39,718 bases of DNA. It comes from Oligoflexales bacterium. GTDB taxonomy: Bacteria > Bdellovibrionota_B > Oligoflexia > Oligoflexales > Bog-1112. Both the position numbers and the translations under genes were made by a program. Under the pieces are notes generated by a model, which was given only the letters and a program-made list of their open reading frames with translations, searched no databases and was not told where the DNA came from. Positions 9,712-18,972 of this stretch are shown in pieces. Numbering within the stretch: position 1 is the first letter of the stretch; the number at the start of each line of letters is the position of its first letter. Location of the stretch: the NCBI GenBank assembly GCA_045105515.1, contig JBGCDR010000358.1, positions 1 to 39,718 on the forward strand. Reading direction: 5' to 3'.

Positions 9712-10452
9712 TTAGTTTGTATACATTCCGCCATTCACATGTATCGTTGAACCTGTAATGTAAGAAGCTTGTTGAGAGGCTAGAAACCTTACAGCATCTG
9801 CTACCTCATCACTCTGACCCAAGCGACCTAGAGGTATATTAGCTAGAATCGATTCTTTTACCTCATCACTCAATGCACTGGTCATTTTGGTTTCTATAAA
9901 CCCTGGTGCAACGCAATTCGCTCTTATTTGATACGGCGCCAAATCTTTAGCAATAGACATAGTGAAACCAGTGATTGCACTCTTAGTTGCAGCGTACATA
10001 GATTGCCCAGCATTGCCAGTATGACCAACTACACTGCTTATATTGATGATGCTTCCTGACTTTTGCTTGATCATCAAGCGCGAACAATGTTTCGTTAACA
10101 AGAATACCGATTTGAGATTAATTGTCAGTAAAGAGTCAAAGTCCGCTGGCTTAGCAAACGGTATTAACTGATCGATAGAATGGCCAGCATTGTTTACCAA
10201 AACATCAATTCTTCCGTATTTTTTTTTTACTTCTTTGACTAAAATATCGGCTGCACCATCTTCACCTAAGTCATATTGGAACGCACATGCCTCAGGAAGA
10301 TTAGAAACAAGATCGCTTGCTAAGTCGGGATCTGACCTGTAATGAACTGCAACTTTAAAACCATTTTGCCCCAAGGCCTTAACACAGGCAGCTCCAATGC
10401 CCTTCGAGCCTCCCGTTACTAATGCAACTTTTTCATTCATATCAAAACCCAT
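9712..10452 (-). CDS. fabG: 3-oxoacyl-ACP reductase (SDR family)
   Basis: TGGSKGIG, LVNNAG, ISSVVG, YAATK, APGFIETKMT and HVNGGM. Confidence 0.9.
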   Translation of the reverse strand: MGFDMNEKVALVTGGSKGIGAACVKALGQNGFKVAVHYRSDPDLASDLVSNLPEACAFQYDLGEDGAADILVKEVKKKYGRIDVLVNNAGHSIDQLIPFAKPADFDSLLTINLKSVFLLTKHCSRLMIKQKSGSIINISSVVGHTGNAGQSMYAATKSAITGFTMSIAKDLAPYQIRANCVAPGFIETKMTSALSDEVKESILANIPLGRLGQSDEVADAVRFLASQQASYITGSTIHVNGGMYTN

Positions 10453-10496
10453 TGTGGTTGAAATTGAGCTAGAAAGTCTGATCCACTTAAATCAGG

Positions 10497-10557
10497 TGCA
10501 TAAATCCTACACCTTCTATTTATGGTGGGAAATGGTTTCTTTTGCGCTGCATAAATC
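10497..10557. repeat. 10-bp direct repeat TGCATAAATC upstream of fabG
   Basis: Exact copies at 10497-10506 and 10548-10557, 51 bp apart. Confidence 0.5.
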
Positions 10558-10609
10558 TTGCATTAACTTTGTTAGTTGCTAAGAAAAATTCATTTATTGC
10601 TGGAATAAG

Positions 10610-11065
10610 CTAGGAATTCTGTAGCAATGCTTCTAGACTAGGATCCAAATCAACCTTGAAAATATCATTGAGTGCCAATGGTTCCGGGTTGGTTTGATTG
10701 TCCTTACGTGCGTAGTACTCTCCTAAGACAGCCCTCGAATACCCTAAAAAAATCTTTAGCCGTTCTATCTTAGATATCTTTATTGATTTATCAAGAGCCA
10801 TAGATTTAGTAAGGGAATATGCGGCTAATGCCAAAAATGTAATAAAGTCAGTTTCATTTGAATCATAGTCGTCACATTCTGGGTCACAAATCAAAAGAGC
10901 CTGCAAGGCAAGCTGCTCTAAGATTGCATCAGGAATGTTAACTGGGTGGAAATGATTGGGAGGCTGTAAAGGAGATCCTCCAGCCCAATTCAAGAACTGC
11001 TTCAAGTTTTTGCGATAGCATTCACTCGATGAATAGTTAAAGAAACTGTATGGAATTAACTTCAT
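10610..11065 (-). CDS. Hypothetical protein (151 aa)
   Basis: ATG with SD GAAGGG. Fills the gap between co-oriented genes. Helical-looking sequence; no family recognised. Confidence 0.7.
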   Translation of the reverse strand: MKLIPYSFFNYSSSECYRKNLKQFLNWAGGSPLQPPNHFHPVNIPDAILEQLALQALLICDPECDDYDSNETDFITFLALAAYSLTKSMALDKSIKISKIERLKIFLGYSRAVLGEYYARKDNQTNPEPLALNDIFKVDLDPSLEALLQNS

Positions 11066-11167
11066 AAGCCCTTCGCAACTGATTAACCTACCTCTCCATT
11101 CCTCTCACCATAAAACTATTTTCGCAAAGAAGCAAAATTAAATGGATCTATTCTTTCTTATTTTGGA

Positions 11168-12577
11168 CTAAAAAGCTCCAGTCTGATCAGTTTCTTTTAA
11201 ATATTCTTCCAATTCCTTCAAGACCTGCTCCAGATATTTACTCTTGGAAAGTCCTTTCGCAACTGAAGTAAATCTTAAATACCATAAGCCAGCAGAGGCA
11301 TTTGCCACTCCTGTAATATTAATACGCCCTTGCGTTCCAAGAAGATCATAGAAAAATTGGTGTTCTATAGACAATTGGGCTCCTTCGTGGATGGGAAATT
11401 GAGCACTTAAGAAGCCACCTGTTTCATCAAGGCCTAATACTCTAGCACTGGTGCTGAACCGGACCTCACAACCTTTATGGCTGGTATTTTTAATGAGCGA
11501 TGCTAGCTCCTTAGGATCAATGAAGCTGGCTAAAATCCGAGAAAGGAGTGCCATGAATCCGAACGGCTTTCGGATGTGCCATACAGAACCTTTCGATTGC
11601 AAAAACTTTCCATCGCTAGCTACTATAAAAATGGGTCTATGTAAACTATCTGAGCTGCCATATTCTTTCTCTAGATTGCTTAATGGGTAAGATTCTGGAA
11701 GGTGCTCAAAAACCACACTAGCAATGGTTCCCCTATATTTTTCTAGTAAAGGCTTAATATCTTCGAATTTATTTACTGACACCATTTTAATGCCATATCC
11801 AGACAAAGTACCTTTTAAACGTTCTCCTTGTTGAGAATCTGGATGGAAATAGATCACCATCCTTTTGTTTATTAAATTAGAAGCTGTACCTAAGGCTGGC
11901 AATTTATCAACCCAAGCCCTGCCTCTATCAACAATAGTTGCGATTGGAAAAAGATTAAGCCTTTGCTTGTCATAGAATATGTTTGAACCCAGACTCAACT
12001 CAATTGGATCAAGGTCATCAGAATTTGGAAAGCACTTCCATTTCCCAGAAAAATCTAGATCACAAGGCGAAGTAGAAACCATAAAATTTCCAACTCGTCC
12101 GAGAATTTTAACATCAATAGCAACAGTCAACCCATTGTTGAAGGAAAGATGATGAGTATCTTGATGATACGGAGATAAAGTACAATGAGTAGCAAGCACC
12201 TCTTGGACCTTGTTAATGATAAGATTAGGGTCAGAGACTCCAAGAAAAAAACCTGCAAATTTTCGCCGTGCTACAGCTTCAAGCTCTTTGCGAGTTTTTC
12301 GCAAAACATTTACTAGAATAGGAGTATTTTTAAACTTTGAATTCTGAGTTAGCCTGTCATATAGCAACCCTGCATCACCATCAGGTAGACTAGATTCTGT
12401 GAGCACTAGGTGGGGCATTTCTTGGATTATCACTTGTATACCTTCATAAATCCCCATAGCAATTATGGCCTCACAACCAAATCGCTCAAGTGAATTCTTG
12501 AGAGAAATACCTCGTTCCTTGCGGGCTACAATAAGCACGATTCTATGGTTATAGATTCTAAAGTCTAATTTACCCAT
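11168..12577 (-). CDS. Tandem degenerate receiver-domain protein with a C-terminal PilZ-like barrel
   Basis: First REC-like domain (PHLVLTESSLPDGDA...NTPILV) and second REC-like domain (ASVVFE...PIFIV...IRKPF). The C-terminal ARVLGLDETGGFL resembles the PilZ DxSxGG strand. Confidence 0.65.
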   Translation of the reverse strand: MGKLDFRIYNHRIVLIVARKERGISLKNSLERFGCEAIIAMGIYEGIQVIIQEMPHLVLTESSLPDGDAGLLYDRLTQNSKFKNTPILVNVLRKTRKELEAVARRKFAGFFLGVSDPNLIINKVQEVLATHCTLSPYHQDTHHLSFNNGLTVAIDVKILGRVGNFMVSTSPCDLDFSGKWKCFPNSDDLDPIELSLGSNIFYDKQRLNLFPIATIVDRGRAWVDKLPALGTASNLINKRMVIYFHPDSQQGERLKGTLSGYGIKMVSVNKFEDIKPLLEKYRGTIASVVFEHLPESYPLSNLEKEYGSSDSLHRPIFIVASDGKFLQSKGSVWHIRKPFGFMALLSRILASFIDPKELASLIKNTSHKGCEVRFSTSARVLGLDETGGFLSAQFPIHEGAQLSIEHQFFYDLLGTQGRINITGVANASAGLWYLRFTSVAKGLSKSKYLEQVLKELEEYLKETDQTGAF

Positions 12578-13754
12578 CCTTACCTGTCTGTCTTAAGATT
12601 GCAGATTTCACTACTTTCTTTATTTTTTCGAGTTTTTCAAAACTACCTCCGAACTCTATTTCACAACGTTTCAGATACTTTCGGGCAGTTTCAAATTCTC
12701 CTATCCGATGACACGCCAAAGCTGCATTTAAACTAATTTTAAATTTAAGATCATTACGCACTATACGATGAGCCTTTTTATAGAGAATCAGAGCAGTTTT
12801 CCCCTTACCAGCTTGTGATAATGAAACTCCTAGATCATTAAGTTTCGAGGCTAAATGGGGTCCAACTTCATCAAGATGATTAAAAAGTTTTAGTGCTTCA
12901 CCCACCTTTCCACTAGCTATAAACAGATGCACCTCTGACTCAATATATTTTTGTTGATCTGCTCCCAAATTTTTTGCATCTTCGATAAACTTCTTCGCGT
13001 TTTCAACGTCACCAAGTTCACAATAAGCATTGGCAAGAATTAGTTTTCTACTTGGATTTAGATTATTCCTGGCATCTACCTGCTGAAGATAACGCACTGA
13101 TTCTTTGACCCTTCCAACCAGCAACAGAGACTCACTATAGCCCATTTGGGCAGGTATAAAAAAAGGATTTAACTTTTCAGACAATTTAAAATATGCAAGT
13201 GACTTATCAAATTTCCCCTCTGACTCTAATGTAATTGCGCAATAATATGCTGCTAAATAGTGAAAATTGGCTTCCTCTTCCAATTCCATTTCGAGGGCTT
13301 CCATATCTCCATGTTTTGATTTATTTATAGCTTGTGCTAGTCTCATACACTTTGCTTCAACTCCTTCATGGTTACTAATGATATTTCTTACATGCTCTTG
13401 TAGGCTTCCAAGACTTACAGGAAAGCCATCAAATGAATCTAAGTTACTAAGACCATATTCAAAAATATTTACAATCAAATCGATGCTTGGGTTATCACAG
13501 ATAATTAATTGTAGTGACGGGATACAAGCAACATGATTCTTATACCAATTTAGAATTTCATCTAATTGTTTGTTATAGTCTTCACATAGAATACAATGAG
13601 CCCAAATAAAGTTTGATTTTGATATTTCTGCAGCTTCTTCGAGATTTCGAACGATTTTATTTTTCAGATTATAATTCTGTTGGGACAACAACTCCTGAAT
13701 AGTTGATTGCTTTAATTCCGCACACAAATTTATTATCAGACAGACATCATCCAT
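12570..13754 (-). CDS. TPR-repeat protein with an N-terminal degenerate receiver-like alpha/beta domain
   Basis: TPR-like helix pairs (LILANAYCELGDVENAKKFI, LNDLGVSLSQAGKGKTALILYKKA, LNAALACHRIGEFETARKYL). Overlaps the next gene by 8 bp. Confidence 0.8.
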   Translation of the reverse strand: MDDVCLIINLCAELKQSTIQELLSQQNYNLKNKIVRNLEEAAEISKSNFIWAHCILCEDYNKQLDEILNWYKNHVACIPSLQLIICDNPSIDLIVNIFEYGLSNLDSFDGFPVSLGSLQEHVRNIISNHEGVEAKCMRLAQAINKSKHGDMEALEMELEEEANFHYLAAYYCAITLESEGKFDKSLAYFKLSEKLNPFFIPAQMGYSESLLLVGRVKESVRYLQQVDARNNLNPSRKLILANAYCELGDVENAKKFIEDAKNLGADQQKYIESEVHLFIASGKVGEALKLFNHLDEVGPHLASKLNDLGVSLSQAGKGKTALILYKKAHRIVRNDLKFKISLNAALACHRIGEFETARKYLKRCEIEFGGSFEKLEKIKKVVKSAILRQTGKDG

Positions 13755-13922
13755 TACAATTCCAAATAGCGCTTTTGGGACACCTTGAGCGGTCTATCGG
13801 GTTTTTAAAGTTTTTAATAAAAGTTACAAATTAGTAGGAACTATAAAAAATCAAATAAAATATACTACATGCAGGTATTTATCTATTAATATATTCTCGT
13901 CTGCAGCTTGCCATTAATTGAA

Positions 13923-13949
13923 AAATCGGATGGAAAGCCAGTTGCTTTA
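13923..13949 (-). promoter_or_regulatory. Sigma28 (FliA)-like promoter upstream of the TPR/pseudo-receiver operon
   Basis: Minus strand TAAA-N15-TCCGATTT, versus consensus TAAA-N15-GCCGATAA. A second -10-like CCCGATAG lies at 13801-13794. Confidence 0.4.
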
Positions 13950-14013
13950 AGAAGATTTTTGTGAAATATTTGTAACACTAAATCTTTTCTAATCAAAAAT
14001 TGGAGAATTTTAA

Positions 14014-15801
14014 ATGCAGCTGCATGGCCTCAGAATTTTCATTCTATTCTTTTTGTTTTATAACCATGGATTTGCAAGCCTAAATTTAAATCCAAAAGAC
14101 ATCAATTTAGAACTAAAAGAAAACAATTTTTTTAGTAAAACTCCAGGAACCGTTCTCTCCTTATGCAAGCTTGAAAATTGTAGTAACTTTGCGGCAGGGT
14201 ATGTGGACCCTGCATCTCCTGAAGCTATCAAAAGCAGTGGGAGTTATCGCATCGGGAGCCTCACTAAGTCCATGGTTGCTGTCTTAATAATGCAGGCAGT
14301 GGAAGATGGGCTCATTAGTTTGGGTGATACTTTAGGAAAGCTCCTACCCGAGTACCAAAAATGGCATTCCGTCACTGTTAAGCAACTACTTCGCATGGAA
14401 TCAGGAGTTCCCCCCTACTTATTCAGCCAAAAATATGCTTTCGGGGTTGTATACGAAATCCTAAGAGGCAACAAAAAACGCTATGCGCCATCCGAGATCC
14501 TTAATAGCATAAAAGAATCAGATTTAATTTTTACTCCAGGAAACAAAAGCGAATACAATAATTCAAACTATATTCTCTTGGGCTTGATTCTAGAAAAAGT
14601 TAGAAACGACAAACTTCAAAATATATTAAAGCAAGGAATCCTCGATCCACTACAGCTTAACAATACCTACCTCGATGACGGCAGTCGTCAGCATCCAAAT
14701 TTGACTAAGGGTTTTATACATACTTATACCTTGGGTCTTCCTTATTTTTCAGTATTTCTATTCCCTAAAGAAAAACGTAGGGGATTTGACATGGTAGAAA
14801 TTTCCAATGGCCTTCCCGCAACACGCGTTTGGGCAGCAGGTGCCGTCATTTCTACTTCGACTGATATGACTACCTTTATAAGATCTTTACTCACAGGCAA
14901 TTTGTTAAGCCAAAATAGCCTTGAACAGATGCAAGAGTTTGTGATTACTAAAATAATAGGCATGCCATTCTTATATGGATTAGGTCTTATGGCGTATCCT
15001 ACTGAATTTGGGACCTTATATGGGCATGGGGGCATAGGTGTCGGCTACCAAAACATGACTTACTATCTGCCTGAATTTGACCTCTCTATCGCATTAGCTC
15101 AAAATGTTGGTCCTACGAGCACCTTTGTCTACTTTGAAAAAGTGCTCGATATATTATTCGATAAATTTAAAAAAGAACCTTTCATACCAATGGATCATAT
15201 TATCAATGAAAATTTCAGCCGGGGCCTACATATTCGTGTGAAGGGCCAACTTGCAAATAGCGCCGTAGAACCTCGGAAAATGCCGAGTACTATTGGCTAT
15301 GCTTTTGATAGTAAGCGATTTGTACCTGGGCAATCATTCAATCAGTTTTACATTGAAACTAAAATCATCGATGAGGAAGAATGGATCCAAATCACAGGAA
15401 TCAGCATGAGTTTATTTGCAAGCTTATCAGCAAATGGACAATCAAAGTTACCTATGAGTTTGATCCTCATAAAAAAGGCCGCTCTTAAAGAGGCTCGAGA
15501 AAACGGCAGAAATTACATCAGCCTGCAAGGGCAATTTGATTCAGCTCCTATTTTCGCGACCACTGGGAATCTTACCCAGAATTCAGAATCCCAGAAATTC
15601 GAACCTTGCGCAGCTCGGGTCATTGAGCCACAAAGGCGCCTAAACCTCCAATTTGGTACGAATAAATCAGAAAGCTTTGGACAGGGTGAAACCATAAAGA
15701 TTTTGGGCAATATTCCACTCCGCAACATCCGCTCTGAGGACTATAGCAAACTAACAAAGTTCGGCTTAAAACAGTGTACTGAAACGCCGAAGCAACAATA
15801 A
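14014..15801 (+). CDS. Secreted serine hydrolase, beta-lactamase class C / D-Ala-D-Ala carboxypeptidase (S12) family, with a C-terminal extension
   Basis: Signal peptide, SxxK (GSLTKS), YxN (EYNNSNY), LLRMESG, AAGAVIST and YGHGG. SD GGAG. Confidence 0.9.
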   Translation: MQLHGLRIFILFFLFYNHGFASLNLNPKDINLELKENNFFSKTPGTVLSLCKLENCSNFAAGYVDPASPEAIKSSGSYRIGSLTKSMVAVLIMQAVEDGLISLGDTLGKLLPEYQKWHSVTVKQLLRMESGVPPYLFSQKYAFGVVYEILRGNKKRYAPSEILNSIKESDLIFTPGNKSEYNNSNYILLGLILEKVRNDKLQNILKQGILDPLQLNNTYLDDGSRQHPNLTKGFIHTYTLGLPYFSVFLFPKEKRRGFDMVEISNGLPATRVWAAGAVISTSTDMTTFIRSLLTGNLLSQNSLEQMQEFVITKIIGMPFLYGLGLMAYPTEFGTLYGHGGIGVGYQNMTYYLPEFDLSIALAQNVGPTSTFVYFEKVLDILFDKFKKEPFIPMDHIINENFSRGLHIRVKGQLANSAVEPRKMPSTIGYAFDSKRFVPGQSFNQFYIETKIIDEEEWIQITGISMSLFASLSANGQSKLPMSLILIKKAALKEARENGRNYISLQGQFDSAPIFATTGNLTQNSESQKFEPCAARVIEPQRRLNLQFGTNKSESFGQGETIKILGNIPLRNIRSEDYSKLTKFGLKQCTETPKQQ

Positions 15802-15904
15802 TTTTTAGACACTTCTAGAAGAAGTCGATTGTTATTGTAGACTCACTAGAAGTATAGATTCTCAAAACGGGTCTATTTTTAGTCACGAAAAAGGGTAGGC
15901 TAGG

Positions 15905-16144
15905 CTAGGCAGCATTATTTTTAATATGGTTTCTACGCTTATCCAATAGGGCATTGGCTTTTTCGAAAGCTTTTAAAGCTTTGTTTACTTTAACTAAAAC
16001 GGCATCTAAATCCATAGCATTGGGATCAGCCTCTATTTTTGCTGAGATAATCTTGAGATTTCCGTAAGCGATTGCTAAAGGATTACTTAAATCATGTAGG
16101 AATTCTCTTTCACTTTTATCAGCGGTATATTCTTTCTCATCCAT
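15905..16144 (-). CDS. Stand-alone HisKA/DHp (phospho-acceptor) domain protein, 79 aa
   Basis: H-box EREFLHDLSNPLAIAYGNL followed by a second amphipathic helix. ATG with SD GAGG. No HATPase domain. Confidence 0.8.
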   Translation of the reverse strand: MDEKEYTADKSEREFLHDLSNPLAIAYGNLKIISAKIEADPNAMDLDAVLVKVNKALKAFEKANALLDKRRNHIKNNAA

Positions 16145-16187
16145 TTGTGTGACCTCAAGGATTCAAATTCGGTTTTAGTATACTCAT

Positions 16188-16928
16188 TCAACTCTTTGGG
16201 ATGAAGGCAACTGTGGTTTCTTTAGATAAGATATCAAAAAACTTTTCTCTATCTGTACCAACGATATTTTTAATTTCTAGTCCAAAGCCTTTTTGAAATT
16301 TAGAATCGCCTTGTCTCCTCACCCATCTTACGACTCCATCTCCTTCAAGGCATCCCATAGAGTCATTTTCAAGCTCAATCTTAAAGTGAACTAGGTCAGA
16401 AACTGCTGGCACTTTGTCCTCTACAGAAATGAATAAGCCTCCACTTCCCAAACTAAGCTTTTGGTTTGTCTTGGCATCAGCGAGATTAGGTAACTTTGCT
16501 TGGACCTTGAAAACACTCTCATCATTAGTAAGTTCGGCTCCCCAACGTTCTGAATAGTCGAGCACAGAAACTCGTACAGTATCTATCAGCTCGTTTCGGT
16601 TAAAAGGCTTACCAAACATAGCAACAGCACCCTTGTCATAGGCATCTTCTAAAGTTATGTCAGCAAAGCCTGTCATAAATACCAAGGTCGGTGATTTGGG
16701 GTTTTTAGCCCTAAGATTCTCAAGAAGTTCAACTCCATCTCCACCTGGCATTCTGATGTCAGATACAACCACATCGATGTTATTATTTTGAACTAAGTCT
16801 AATGCTTCTTTGCCATTAGAGGCACTGAGGACATTAGCACCCACCAATTCAAACTCAAAGGCCACCAACTCACCTAGATCGGGTTCGTCATCAACGACCA
16901 GGATGGTTAAATCTTTAATCTCTTTCAA
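16188..16928 (-). CDS. Response regulator, REC plus PilZ-like output domain
   Basis: Canonical receiver (LVVDDE, VVSDIRMP, MTG, GKPF). PilZ-like SLGSGGLFI...GVVRWVR...GFGLEI. Start taken as TTG 16928 after SD AGGAGAGG (ORF track gives 16949). Confidence 0.85.
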   Translation of the reverse strand: MKEIKDLTILVVDDEPDLGELVAFEFELVGANVLSASNGKEALDLVQNNNIDVVVSDIRMPGGDGVELLENLRAKNPKSPTLVFMTGFADITLEDAYDKGAVAMFGKPFNRNELIDTVRVSVLDYSERWGAELTNDESVFKVQAKLPNLADAKTNQKLSLGSGGLFISVEDKVPAVSDLVHFKIELENDSMGCLEGDGVVRWVRRQGDSKFQKGFGLEIKNIVGTDREKFFDILSKETTVAFIPKS

Positions 16929-17181
16929 AAAACCTCTCCTTTGCCGCATATATTATTTAAAATGCAGATACTGTTATTCTACTGCCTTTGATGAGAGGCT
17001 GCTATGGGTAATTGCACCAATAAAAAATATTATATTATTCTATTATTCTTTATTTTAATAAGATGATAGGTTTATGAAAATCTAAAATTTTAGTCTGGTT
17101 CTTGGCTTTTTTTTTACGGAGATCGGATGTTTTTTCGAAGAAAGGTAGCATTTATTTGCCCATGTCCAAGCATCGCAGATA

Positions 17182-18972
17182 CTACATGCGTTCTACTGGA
17201 TGCATTCCCAACAGACGTAAACCCTGTTTCAAGGTACCTGAAAATGCAGATATCAGCGACATTCTTGCTTCTATTAATTCGTGGCTATCAGCCTTAATGA
17301 CAGATAAATTTGCATAGAAGCGATTAAAGCCTTTGCACATAGAAAACAAGAAATTTGCGATCATTGATGGCTTGAAGTGCTCACCAGCTGTCATAACCAC
17401 TCCATTGAAATCATAAACATAGCGCAACAGCTCAGACTCATACGGACTTGTCAGTAGATTTAGATTCTCTAGTGAGGAACTATATCCACGCTGATCACAC
17501 TCCCGAAGGATCGAACAGGTTCGGGCATAACTATACATCAGATAAGGACCAGAGTTTCCATCAAAGCTAGTCCAAGCCTCTACATCGAACACAATTTCCT
17601 TTTGTGGGTCTGCACTCAACATACCATATTTGATAGCAGAGACAGCTAGTTTTTGAGCAGTATCTGCTATTTGCTCTCGGGTCCATTTGTCAGCATATTT
17701 TTCTAAATGCCGATGCACTTTATCAAGAATTAGCTCAACAAGGCTAGAAAATGTGACTGCATTTCCTTTGCGGGAGGAAATTTTTCCGTGAGGCAAAGTT
17801 ACATGGGCATAACTCAAATGATAACAGTTTTTTGCTTGTTCAAAACCCATCAGTTCTAAAGTCTTAAATAACTGACGAAAATGGAAATTTTGTTCACTAC
17901 CAACCACGTAAACGGATTTATCAATGGTGAAATCTTCAAACTTAGTTTTTGCTAAAGCTAGGTCCTTAGTTATGTATAATGAAGTGCCGTCAGACTTTCT
18001 TGCCATGAAGAACCCAAGACCGTCTTCCTCAAGAGAAACTCCATATGCTCCTTCTGATTCTTTAAAAAGACCTTTTTCTATATATTCATCCACAATCTCT
18101 TGAGAGCGCTGAGATACATCAGATTCATAAAAAATATGATCAAACTTCACCCCAAGCCACTTATAAATATTCCCAAAGTCTTGCATGCATTCATCACGAC
18201 TTTTTTTCCAAAGCTCATAAAAGGAGCCTTCTTTAGATTCTATTGCGGCTAGAATTTTGGAAACTTCTTTTTGAGCATTTGTTTTCTGCTCTTCATCCCC
18301 ACTACTTAAGAGCTCGTGAGCTTCTGCATAGCGTTTGCCATACCATTCCGAATATTTTTCACTGGGAACTTCTCCCCCAAACTGGCTTACCTGCCAAAGA
18401 CACTTGGCAACATGCGTACCTTCATCCCCGATGTAATTTACGGGAATCACTTGAAATCCATTATAGGCTGAAATTAAGCTCACGGACTCGCCTAGGCAAA
18501 CATTTCTGCAATGACCTATATGAAACTCTTTATGGGTATTTGGTTGGGAAAACTCAACCATAACCCTGGTGTCTTTGACAGACTGAGGCTTTTCACAGTC
18601 AAAGTAGCTTTCATCTAAAACTATAGGGACAAGAAAATTGGCTAGATAAGTCTGATCCAAAAAGAGGTTAAGAAAGGCACCGGCAATTTCTATCTTATTG
18701 ACCCAGGGACAGGCTGCTGATTCTACATAAGCCTTCAAGTCCACGGCAATATCGAAAGGTTTTTTCTTCAATACCTTAGCAAAACGAAAACAAGGAAGAG
18801 CAAAGTCCCCAAGATGAGTCTCAGGTGGTTTTTCAATTAGCTGATAAATGTCCATCTTTTTGACAGCCTCAGCATTCTTGTTATCGACGAGGCTTTTGAG
18901 GATAGATTCTTCTATCAGATTTGCGATATCTTTCTTTGCTGGATCAACCCATACAGGAGTATCTGCGCTCAT
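17182..18972 (-). CDS. argS: Arginine--tRNA ligase
   Basis: VEFSQPN..HIGH, YIGDEG, LYITKDLA, YVVGSEQ, KISSRKG, GNSGPYLMYSYAR and C-terminal PVERM. SD AGGAG. Confidence 0.97.
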   Translation of the reverse strand: MSADTPVWVDPAKKDIANLIEESILKSLVDNKNAEAVKKMDIYQLIEKPPETHLGDFALPCFRFAKVLKKKPFDIAVDLKAYVESAACPWVNKIEIAGAFLNLFLDQTYLANFLVPIVLDESYFDCEKPQSVKDTRVMVEFSQPNTHKEFHIGHCRNVCLGESVSLISAYNGFQVIPVNYIGDEGTHVAKCLWQVSQFGGEVPSEKYSEWYGKRYAEAHELLSSGDEEQKTNAQKEVSKILAAIESKEGSFYELWKKSRDECMQDFGNIYKWLGVKFDHIFYESDVSQRSQEIVDEYIEKGLFKESEGAYGVSLEEDGLGFFMARKSDGTSLYITKDLALAKTKFEDFTIDKSVYVVGSEQNFHFRQLFKTLELMGFEQAKNCYHLSYAHVTLPHGKISSRKGNAVTFSSLVELILDKVHRHLEKYADKWTREQIADTAQKLAVSAIKYGMLSADPQKEIVFDVEAWTSFDGNSGPYLMYSYARTCSILRECDQRGYSSSLENLNLLTSPYESELLRYVYDFNGVVMTAGEHFKPSMIANFLFSMCKGFNRFYANLSVIKADSHELIEARMSLISAFSGTLKQGLRLLGMHPVERM

